Assembly (NCBI RefSeq): GCF_006345805.1 | Contig: NW_021831829.1 | Span: 1,194 to 65,193 of the forward strand | Direction: 5' to 3' | Length of the DNA: 64,000 nt | Origin: Octopus sinensis | Lineage: Eukaryota | Shown here: piece by piece, positions 54,068-64,000 of the stretch | Layout: every line of letters begins with the position of its first letter | Position numbering within the stretch: position 1 is the first letter of the stretch | Program-made: the position numbers and the translations under genes | Notes under the pieces: generated by a model | What the model was told of the DNA's origin: nothing | What the model saw: the letters and a program-made list of their open reading frames with translations, nothing else | Databases searched by the model: none

Positions 54068-54485
54068 AGGTGATCAGCTCGCAGAATCGTTACAACACCT
54101 TGTAAAAAGCTCGGAGGCATTTCGTCCGTCTTTACGTTCTGAGTTCAAATTCCGCCGAGGTCAGATTTGCCTTCCATCCATTTCGGGGTCGGTAAAATAA
54201 ATACCAGTTTAACACTGGTGTCGATGTAATCGAATTATCCTTCCCACGAAATTGCTGGCCGTGTGCCAAAATTTGAAATCAGTATTAAATAATAAGGCGG
54301 CGAGCTGAAGGGAACGCTTAGCTGCATTCCGTCCGTTTTTAACATCTGAGTTCAAATTTCGGTGAAGTCGGCTGTGCCTTTCATCCTTTCGGGGTCGGTA
54401 GATAAGTCCCAGTCGAGCACTGGACTCAATGCAATCGGCCTAACTCCTTCTCGAATTTGCTGTCCTTGTGCAAAAATCTGAAAAC
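54068..54485 (+). mobile_element. Two adjacent SINE A2 copies
   Basis: Heads at 54068 and 54294; both have gagttcaaatt and cctt.catcc.tt.cggggtcggta. Confidence 0.85.
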
Positions 54486-55119
54486 GAATTTAGCAATGAC
54501 ACATACATGTATGTATGCATGTATGGGTATGTGTGTATGTATACATGTACGTATGAGAGTGGATGTGTTTATCTATGTGTGTCTATGTTTTATACTAGAA
54601 GTATGTGTAGCAGGTTTTACAACGAAAGATTTTCACGTTCTAATGTATGTCTTCATTGCAGCTTGTTTTGAAATTAATGTTCCTAAATCCATCATAAATG
54701 TTTTGTCTTTCTCATTCCATTCATCAGACTATTTTGCAGTAACTTTTGAAGTTACTATTTCAATTGGCGAAAGTATGCGTGCAACACTCAAAAGCAGGTT
54801 AAGGCTTTTCTCTCGCTGATGAGGTCCAATAAGTCTGAAGCATGGTGCTCATTATCACTTTCTGCCAATGATATATTTTTAGCTTAAATAAGACAAGTGA
54901 ACTATCTGAGATGCATGTTTGTGTTTGTGAAGATGTGCATATAAACATACACACTCACACAGACACGATACATACACACAAAGACACAACAAATACATAT
55001 TAATACCTTATTGGTTGAGAGTATGACCCTTTTATTTAGAGACTGACCACGATGCAAAGTGCGCATGCGTGGTGAAAAAGATCTGTTTTACAACAATGTG
55101 GAATTGTGTGTAAGTGCAT

Positions 55120-55295
55120 GCCACGCTTGCTAGTCAATGTTGATATGTCTCCACCCTCATAACTTAGCGATTCAGCAAAAAACACCGATGGAATAAGTAT
55201 CAGACTTTAAAGAATAAGTTCGGGAGTGAGATGGAGATTTGTTTCACTAAACCCTTCAAAGCTCTATCCCAGCATGGCCGTAGTCCAATGACGAA
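55120..55295 (+). mobile_element. SINE C tail
   Basis: aacttagcgattcagcaaaaaacaccgatggaataagtatcag...cccagcatggccgtagtccaatgac. Confidence 0.7.
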
Positions 55296-56137
55296 AACAA
55301 ATACAATGCGTAAATAATTGCCTTTCAGTCATGGGAATTGACTGATGATAGAAAGCCAAAAATGACCCATACTTTTTTGCCTGTCCTAATTGTTATTTCT
55401 CTTGTTCGCCTTTGTATCGTCTATCTGTCCGAATGTTTTAATGCCTTCTATTTTTTTTTGTTCTATCATATAAATTAAAAAAATATATATATATACTTTA
55501 TATAAAGGCAGCAATTATTCGAGAGTTTATTGTGTTTTTTTAAAGCCATATTATATCTTCATAGATAAATGCATATTTCTATCTATTTTTTTTTACCTTA
55601 AAAATAAATATTTAACATAATAAATGGGTTTTAGGAAATACTCCTAATGTTTTAAGTTTCTAATTTAGATAAAGGACTTTTTTCATGGCCGTAGTCCAAT
55701 GACGAAAACAAATACAATGCGTAAATAATTGCCTTTCAGTCATGGGAATTGACTGATGATAGAAAGCCAAAAATGACCCAACTTTTTTGCCTGTACTAAT
55801 TGTTATTTCTCTTTTGCCTTTGTATCGTCTATCTGTCCGAATGTTTTAATGCCTTCTATTGTGTTTGTGTTATCATATAAATTAAAAAATATATATATAT
55901 ACTATATAAAGGCAGCAATTATTCGAGGTTTATTGTGTTTTTTTAAGCCATATTATATCTTCATAGATAAATGCATATTTCTATCTATTTTTTTTTACCT
56001 TAAAAATAATATTTAACTAATAAATGGTTTTAGGAATACTCCTAATGTTTTAAGTTTCTAATTTAGATAATGGACTTTTTTCATGGCCGTAGTCCAATGA
56101 CGAAAACAAATACAATGCGTAAATAATTGCCTTTCAG
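55273..56137. repeat. Tandem repeat: 411 bp + 398 bp + 56 bp partial
   Basis: Units start catggccgtagtccaatgacgaaaac at 55273, 55684 and 56082. Confidence 0.95.
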
Positions 56138-56754
56138 GTTTTTCAGGTTTTGAAGTAAACCGTAAATATTCCTTTACACATCTTCTGTCTCTCATTTTGT
56201 GTGTCAATTTTACTTATCTTTCACTCACTTGAGTTAGTTTCCCTCATTTTACGTCTGATAATTTTCTATAATACATCGATCAAAAATAATTCTAACATCT
56301 TTTATACTTCTGAATTTATTTGGCTCGTCTAAAACGGAAAGACTTACGTTTAATTTAATCTTTAGTTTCTGTATGTCAATCGATATATCTTCATGTACTT
56401 TATTTAAATGTTTTATCTCGCACAAAAAATTATCACTTGTCCGACAGATAGACACGAAACATGTGTCTGTCTACATACTGTTAATAACATCCTTGGCAAC
56501 TACAGTTCAGTACGCGTGTCATTGGAATTAGGTGCTATGAAAGGCTTCTCGAATATAGCTGTCCAGTCAATTAGAGAGAGCGAGAGAGAGAGAGAGCGAG
56601 ATGAATGTACCATTAACGGCCGACAGAGCGAAGTATTCAACATTGGTATTATGTTTGTGATAAGAAACAACACCATGCATCAATGTATAATGTAGGGAGA
56701 CATTCACATTCATGATGTTAAGAAATTCGATGTGCGTGTGTGTGTGTGTGTATG

Positions 56755-56796
<42 letters not shown>

Positions 56797-57093
56797 TGTG
56801 TGTGTGCTATATGGGCCAAGTCGGCGATCTAATCTACTATGCGTCACTTAAAGTATAAACGCATCCTTTAGAATAACTAGTTTGAAACATTTGTAGGATG
56901 GAAAACGTAAAGAAAGGAAATTGGACGACATACACACAAACACATATATGTATATACACAGCTATATAACATACGTATATATATATATATATATAACGGG
57001 AAGCTTTATGAAAATAGACAAAAGACGAAGGCAGGTGGAAAACAAACAAACAATTGTATTAGTATGGCGCTCAGGAAATATAAATAAAACAAG

Positions 57094-57131
57094 TCTTTAA
57101 CATTTCGAGCCTACGCTCTTCAACAGAAAGA
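57094..57131 (-). ncRNA. Minimal type-I hammerhead-ribozyme-like motif (Penelope-associated type), core variant
   Basis: Minus strand TCTTT-CTGTTGA-A-GAGC-GTAG-GCTC-GAAA-TGT-T-AAAGA: 5-bp stem I, 4-bp stem II, GAAA and a minimal stem III. The core deviates from CUGAUGA. Confidence 0.5.
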
Positions 57132-57208
57132 TTCACAGAGAGAAAAAAAAACAGAAAGAAGGAGAGAAAAAAAATGCGTGCAGTAACTAACGAATCAACA
57201 TATATATA

Positions 57209-57318
57209 TCACCCTGATCACCCTGACCGACCAGGCTATCAGATGTTGCTACACATCACTGGTCTCAATGCGCTTCGCATTGTTTTAGCCTTCAAATGGC
57301 GCCACCCCGCTGACTAGT
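57209..57318 (-). mobile_element. SINE D 3' tail only
   Basis: Reverse complement of 63530-63628. Confidence 0.85.
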
Positions 57319-57320
57319 CA

Positions 57321-57366
<46 letters not shown>

Positions 57367-57512
57367 AGTAATTGAATGAATTATCTTATTAAGGATAATT
57401 CGAAAGATAACCGATACTTGGGTAGCAAATTCACATCAGAAAGAACAAGGTTGAAGCTACGTCCCTAGGACATAGACTACGTGTCTTCGTGCGGAAATTT
57501 CTATGTTTATTT

Positions 57513-57638
57513 TAAAATTATAAGTATATGAAAGAATGGAGTTGAACGACTAGTTAACAAATATCCTTTATTCTCGAGAATAAAGGATATTTGTTAACTA
57601 GTCGTTCAACTCCATTTTTTCATATACTTATAATTTTA
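57513..57638. repeat. 126-bp near-perfect palindrome
   Basis: Centre CTC|GAG at 57575/57576; one mismatch; same arm family as 14036-14153. Confidence 0.95.
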
Positions 57639-57723
<85 letters not shown>

Positions 57724-57761
57724 TATATATATATACAGCTATATAACATACGTATATATAT

Positions 57762-58085
57762 ATGTGGCTCAGAGGTTAGAGTTTACGATCGTGAGGTTGT
57801 GAGCTCGAATCCCGACCGGGCTGCGTGTTGTGTTCTTGAGCAAGACACTTTATTTCACGTTGCTCCAGTTCACTCAGCTGTAGAAACGAGTTGCGACGTC
57901 ACAGGTGCCAAGCTGTATCGGCCCTTGTCTTTCCCTTGGACAACATCGGTGACGTGGAGAGGGGAGGCCGGTATGCATGGGTGACTGCTGGTCTTCCATA
58001 AAAACAACCTTGCTCAGACTTGTGCCTCAGATGGTAACTCTCTAGGTACAAACCCATGGTCAGTGTCTGACCGAATGGGGTCACC
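57762..58085 (+). mobile_element. SINE family E (tRNA head plus CORE-like segment)
   Basis: tggctcagaggttagag...gagctcgaatccc...gtgttgtgttcttgagcaagacactttatttcacgttgctccagttcactcagctgt. Confidence 0.8.
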
Positions 58086-58920
58086 ATATATATATATATA
58101 TATATATAATATATATATATATATTGGAAAGTTTGGAGATGATGTGCAGGTATTTTATATTAGAAGAAATGAGGTACTCAGAAAATCGGATGGTTTTATA
58201 TTTACAGATATTTATTTGTATATTACATGATGTATAAAAACATACTTCGTTTGCTTTTAGCTGTGTCAACAGAAATTTTAACGTGCTAGATTAAATGTAA
58301 GTTTCTCTTTTCAAATGAATTTTCTGTTAATGACTGATAATACATCTGTTTGATATACAATGTTTATCTCGATACATTTAATATTCATAAGAGAAAACTT
58401 TGTGTTGTATTATTTAAATGCTTGTCACTTCTCGTGTTTTCACTTTTGCATAGCACCTGAATGCGGCTTGCTATTATATTTCAATTTTTCTCATATAGGT
58501 GAATCGCATGGTGAGCTATGTACCCGTTCACAAAATGTTGGATGATAAACCATAGGAAATTACTTACATTCGATTTTTATAGGGGTTTTTGAATCGAAGG
58601 GGTATCATATATGTAGCGTTTTGCACCATTTTGAGGTAAGAGGCGGTTATATCAAGCTCTAGAGAGATTTTTCCTGGGATGTGACTACGTTGCTTAACCT
58701 TGTTAACATAACTGGCATGTTTGTTGTATGTGACACAATCTATTTATAAACATCACTCGATATTCCTGATATTTTTGATTCGATTTTAGTAACTGCTTGT
58801 CGATGAGACAGAGGAAGTTGTTTGTATCTTGGTTCTATATTGTTGCTGAATGCGGAATCATAACAAGTAGATGGATAGATAGTTAGATAGATAGATAGAG
58901 AGATAGAGAGACAGATAGAT

Positions 58921-59150
58921 GTGTGAAGATGCGTGGCTTAGTGGTTAGGTTATTCGGCTTACGATCATATGGTCGTGAGATCAATTCCTGGCGACGCTCA
59001 AGATACATTATTCCTTGAGATAGATACTTAAGCAAGATAATTTATTTCACGTTGCTGCAGTTCACTCAACCGGGGAAATGAGAAGTACCTGTATTTCAGA
59101 GGACACTCTGTCATGTTGAGCCTCCCTGAGAACTATGTTAGGAGAACACT
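58921..59150 (+). mobile_element. SINE related to family E
   Basis: gcgtggcttagtggttagg...tttatttcacgttgctgcagttcactca. Confidence 0.7.
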
Positions 59151-59284
59151 GCCTCTGTGTGTGTGTGTGTGTGTGTGCACATAAATATATGCATCTACAT
59201 CTGGATGCATGCATATCTGTTTTCGATATATATATATATATATACATACGTATATATGTATGTGTTTATATATATATATATATA

Positions 59285-59318
59285 CTAGCTTAAGGTGACC
59301 CGCTCTACGCGCGGGTAA
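59285..59318 (-). mobile_element. Helitron-like 3' terminus (second family)
   Basis: CTAG at 59285-59288 preceded by A; hairpin ACCCGC...GCGGGT at 59298-59316. Confidence 0.5.
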
Positions 59319-59350
59319 GAGTGTGGTTGTTACTTTCTGTTTCTTCCTTT

Positions 59351-59670
59351 CAGCACGTAAAAAGCACCATCCGAACGTGGCCGATTGTAGTGCGGCCATG
59401 ACTGGCTTCTGAGCCGGTGGCACATAAAAATTACTAACCGATCTTGGGCGCCACCAGCTCCACTGGCACCTGTGCCAGTGGCATGAAAAAGGCACCCACG
59501 ACACTCACAGAGTGGTTGGCGTTAGGAAGGGCATCCAGCTGTAGAAACACTGCCAGATCAGACTGGAGCCTGGTGCAGCTTCCTGGCTTCCCAGACCCCG
59601 GTCAAACTGTCCAACCCATGCTAGCACGGAAAACGGACGTTAAACGATGATGATGATGATGATGATGATT
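59351..59670 (+). mobile_element. SINE family F with a (GAT)n tail
   Basis: gagtggttggcgttaggaagggcatccagctgtagaaac...ggaaaacggacgttaaac(gat)n. Confidence 0.8.
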
Positions 59671-60467
59671 CTCCCTCTTTGTTTCTCTCTCCTTTCTCTC
59701 TCACTTTCCCACTCTCTTACTTTTCTTTTCTCTCGGACTCTCCCTCGCTTTCTCTTACTCTCTATCTTTATCTATCTCTCTCCCATTTATAAACAACAAA
59801 AGATCTTGAGTAAATTGAGAAATAAAATATTTTGAAAAATCAATCATGAATATCAGGCAATGACCACGGAAAGGTCTGCTTCAAGGCAGACAGCAAAAGA
59901 CTAAGATTTAAAAGGGACAGACGAACTTGTGAGCTGAATAAAATAATAAAATATTGGAAGCCAAAGTTTGAAGGGATAGAATCTGAGGATAACAGAGTCA
60001 CCATGGCTTACATTTCTTAAAGACGGACAGCAACGTATTGACAGTTTAACGGCTGGCATAAAATTTTGAACTTGATGTAAAAGAAAATTCCTAAACACCA
60101 AGTGATTCTTTCTCACGACAGTAGACTCACCACGGCAAGCATTCAAAACTTCTTCATCATGGACGGCAACACATTGACGATTAAAAGACTGGCGCAAATT
60201 TCTTAGCTTGATGTAACAGAGAATTCCTAAACACCCGCTCCTGTAAATTTTAATTCCCTTCCAGCCCCATTTAGACCCCTTTTCACATTTTGGTTAATAT
60301 AACCCGATTTCATTCGGATCTACTGGGCCACATTTTATAAGATGAGGAATTTTGTCCTAGAGGTCACGCCTTTCATTTCAGGAAAAAAAATAGCTGTCAT
60401 GCAAACTTGACAGCACATTTAAAATAGGTGTGCATACTTTCAGCTCAACCGACCACATAATGCACAC

Positions 60468-60504
<37 letters not shown>

Positions 60505-61019
60505 GTGTGTGTGTGTGTGCACGCATTATATATACAAATGTATACAAAATATATAAAGTATAAAATTGAAAAATTTAAATTATTTAAATTTAAAATTAAA
60601 ATTAATACTCAAAAAGTATTAAAAGTATAATATACATAAATACAGATATATACACTTTGTATATATACATTATATATACATATTTATATATAGAAACACA
60701 CACACACACACATATATATATAAATTAACCCAATAAATATCTGATTCATAATATTTGTTCTCATGATTGTGTGGTAGTGGTTGCGATGATAATTCTCTCT
60801 ATGAATGCAGACAGACGTGGAGAGAGAGAATGTGTGAAAGCGCTGTCGAAGGCGGGGAGGGGTGAGATATAGAACGCTGTGAAACGACGTTATAAAGAGA
60901 AAGTGAAGGTAAGGGAGTTAGACACTGTGAAACGACGTTATATATAGAAAGTGATGGGAAGGGAGGAAAGAGAATGAGTTATGGAGGAAGACAGATACAT
61001 AAAAGAATGAGAGTAGATT

Positions 61020-61215
61020 TGTCAAAGTGCGTTTTTGGCCCTAGCAACGACACCTTTTAAGATAGGGGTTTCTAACCTAGCCCACTGGCATCCTCATCTC
61101 ATTTTACATGTCCCTGTAAATTTTGGAGTCAATCCGACGGGATGTAGTGGCATTTAACCCGTTCTCAATGCCAAAACAAGACAAACAAACAAACTTTTCG
61201 CATTTCAGAATTATA

Positions 61216-61218
<3 letters not shown>
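61020..61218 (-). mobile_element. Helitron-like 5' terminal region
   Basis: aaattttggagtcaatccgacg...caaacaaacaaacttttcgcattt...tataat has the same layout as the TC end of 12096-12493. Confidence 0.45.
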
Positions 61219-61288
<70 letters not shown>

Positions 61289-61759
61289 GTGTATGTGTAT
61301 GTATGTTATGTATATGTATGTAAATACTCAGGGAATATAAATTGCGGTGTGTTAAGTATACCACCAAACCCACAGTAAGGGCACTAGTTCGTGTTCGGAA
61401 AACTGGTGGACATTTTCCTGTTTCTAATATCCTCTTATCTCAAACAATTTACGCTGTTAATAATTATATGCCATTTCCCACACTATCATATACTGCAATA
61501 TTATACGTAGAGTATTATCAGTTAAGTAGGCTCTCCGCATATGCATGCCTACAATGGGAAACCTGTCTATCAATGGCAGGCCGTCGTTCTCCAAAGCGTT
61601 GTGATTTTACTCTTTATCTTTCGCTGAAGGGGATTAGTGCTTCCTCTTCTCCATCGCTTTCTTTCTGTTTGTATATCCCTTAGGCTCTTATTCACTCCGT
61701 CATCTAATCACCTGTTCTGCATACAAAGATACGCACATTCACACACGAATACATAGGCA

Positions 61760-61763
61760 TAGC

Positions 61764-61806
<43 letters not shown>

Positions 61807-61900
61807 CTTTGTTTATATTCATGTGTATATGCATATGTATATATGCACGTATCCAAATGTATATATATATATATAACACAAATAGATAGATAGATATGTA

Positions 61901-61971
<71 letters not shown>

Positions 61972-62520
61972 TTGGGTTACGTGCATATATACATATATAT
62001 GCATATATATATATATATATATATATATACAAATAGATAGATATATATGTATATATATATAATATATATATATATAGTATGATATGTGATATGATGTGTA
62101 TATGTACATGCATGAGCGTGTATATACTCGCAGACTTGAATATATAATTATATAAATATAATAATATGTATATGTCTATATGATGGGGGGTGATGGCATC
62201 TATCTATCTCTATATATATATATGCAGTTACTAACACTTATATACGAAACGATATATAAAAAGGTATATAGATCTATATATGCGACAATGTGTATGTGTA
62301 AGTGTGTACATACATATGCACATATACACATACACTCATATATTCTGTATATATAAATAAATAGTAGAAATGTATGTTTGTATGTATGTACGTGTACATA
62401 TATATACTGATAGATAGTTGATATATAAATTCATAGCACCACACACACACGTAGATACATAAGTATATGTATACATGAGTATGTATACATATGTGGGAAC
62501 GTGTGTGTGTGTGTGTGTGT
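61760..62520. repeat. Compound (TA)/(TG)/(GATA) microsatellite region
   Basis: Directly visible. Confidence 0.9.
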
Positions 62521-62619
62521 GTATCACTTTGGTTTGAGGAATAATACATGAACTTTTGTCTTTCAAATTTAAAAATGCACGCGAAAATAAAACGCATTGG
62601 CAAATTGTTTCATGTCATT

Positions 62620-62985
62620 TGGGCGAGAATAAGTTGTTTTACAAGATAGTGTGTTTTGATTTTTTAAATTTTAAGGATTTTTGTGTAATTTCAGATCATT
62701 AAAATAGATATTGAAGCTGACAAAACTGAGCCTTTTCGTCACCATTTGCTTTTTACATTTAATCGAGTTGTTAGGCCCGTTAGTTTTCGCGCTCCAAAAA
62801 TGGAAACTTTGATCTCAAGATCGAATCACACGCCTGTCAACCAATGGAGTTCGATGAAGAGCGATTGAATTAACTTCTTCACGAAATTTCACGTCAAACA
62901 GCTTCAGGAGTGGCTGACCAGGTGGATTGTAATGAAAACACTCTGGTGAACCACCTTCAATAAATGGGCAAGGTTCATCGAACTC
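62620..62985 (+). mobile_element. Mariner 5' fragment, internally deleted
   Basis: FRHHLLFTFNR, KNGNFDLKIESHACQPMEFDEERLN*LLHEISRQT...VNHLQ*MGKV, matching the mariner HTH region (GNFDL..RSGRP). Confidence 0.7.
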
Positions 62986-63326
62986 AGTTGCTCAACCAAT
63001 ACGGTGTATGTAGGTAGGTTTTCGTGTGTGTGTGAGGATGGGTGGTTGCTAGTATGTGTGTGTGTGCATGTGTGAGTGTGAGTTTATACGAGGAGTTCAG
63101 AAACGTCCCTTGTCCAGATTGTGTTTGGCTTTGAAAGTTACGATTCTTTTTGTTATTGATATGGAGCGGGGGCTGCAATTTCTTCTCACTTTCTCGATTT
63201 CAGTGACTATTTGTGGTTGTACTCGTCTTCTGGCTCCTGTTTTAGCATGACGCTACCACTTGTAGCAAACTTCATTATATGTATATATATTTATGTGTGT
63301 GTGTGTGTGTATGTGTGTGTGTGTTT

Positions 63327-63628
63327 GTGGTGGCTCAATGGCCCAGTGGTTAGGGCAGCGGACTCGCGATCGTAGGATCGCGATTTCGATTCCTAGACCG
63401 GGCGTTGTGAGTGTTTATTGAGCGAAAACACCTAAAAGCTCCACGAGGGTCCGGCAGGGGGTGGTGATCCCTGCTGTACTCTTTCGCCACAACTTTCTCT
63501 CACTCTTTCTTCTTTTGGCCTGCTCGCTTAGCCAGCGGGGTGGCGTCATTTGAAGGCTCAAACAATGCGAAGCGCATTGTAACCAGCGATGTGTAGCAAC
63601 ATCTGATAGCCTGGTCGGTCACGGTGAT
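63327..63628 (+). mobile_element. SINE family D, full length
   Basis: A-box TGGCCCAGTGG, B-box-like TTTCGATTCC, body shared with 27296-27518 and tail shared with 57209-57318. Confidence 0.85.
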
Positions 63629-63821
63629 ATATATATATATATATATATATATACGCATATATGTATATGTATATATGAATATATACAATGTAGATATAAT
63701 TTTGATGTATGTATAGATACACACATGCACTTATATAAGTTATAAATGCACATATGTGTGTATGCATGTGTGCGTGCATTGTATGTATATGACATGAAGT
63801 TAACTATATGTGGTCGTACAA

Positions 63822-63990
63822 ATTTCGGCACAAGGGCAGCAGTTTCAAGGGAGAGGCTCGTCTGATTATATCGAACCCGTGACCAACTGAAAGGAGGAAA
63901 AGTAATATAGTCTTTAGCGGAATTTGAACTCAGTCGGACGAAATAACGCTAAGCTTCTTGCCCGGCGTGTCAACGGTTCTACCAGCTCGT
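63822..63990 (-). mobile_element. Degraded SINE A2
   Basis: aatttcggcacaagggcagcag...ggaatttgaactcag...cccggcgtg. Confidence 0.7.
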
Positions 63991-64000
63991 TACTTTATGG

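Noticed and set aside
58499-58510. 12-nt microexon candidate (tctcatatAG|GTGAATCGCATG|GTgagc)
   Set aside because: Such site pairs arise often by chance; it needs spliced reads.
59901-60197. Possible mariner catalytic-domain relic (VILSHDS)
   Set aside because: Only one weak motif; not supportable by eye.
63327-63405. tRNA genes at SINE heads (also 27440-27518, 57762-57830 and 58921-58990)
   Set aside because: A and B boxes are present but acceptor and anticodon stems do not pair, and each runs into a shared SINE body.

Overview
AT-rich, microsatellite-dense animal (metazoan) non-coding DNA. The repeat families resemble those I recall from octopus (coleoid cephalopod) genomes; this is an inference and was not checked against a database. 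No complete host gene, rRNA, true tRNA or CRISPR array is supported, and most ORF-track entries are translated (TA)n, (TG)n, (GATA)n or (ATT)n repeats. The window is a mosaic of: tRNA-derived SINEs (about 25 copies of several families, labelled A-F here); decayed Tc1/mariner transposases; a Merlin-like MITE with 8-bp target-site duplications (TSDs) and internal TTAGGG repeats; non-autonomous Helitrons plus a Helitron coding relic; Tx1/L1-like, R4/Dong-like and CR1-like LINE ends; and several long hairpins. The most interesting signals are: (1) SINE multimers with a fixed junction that correlates exactly with an AATAAA to AGTAAA change; (2) a LINE whose 3' tail matches that SINE and which is flanked by a direct duplication of about 765 bp; (3) a telomere-repeat/G-quadruplex-carrying MITE; (4) a minimal hammerhead-ribozyme-like motif and two related near-perfect palindromes. 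One 171-bp candidate exon and one unexplained long ORF are reported at low confidence. Boundaries were read by eye and may be off by a few bases.
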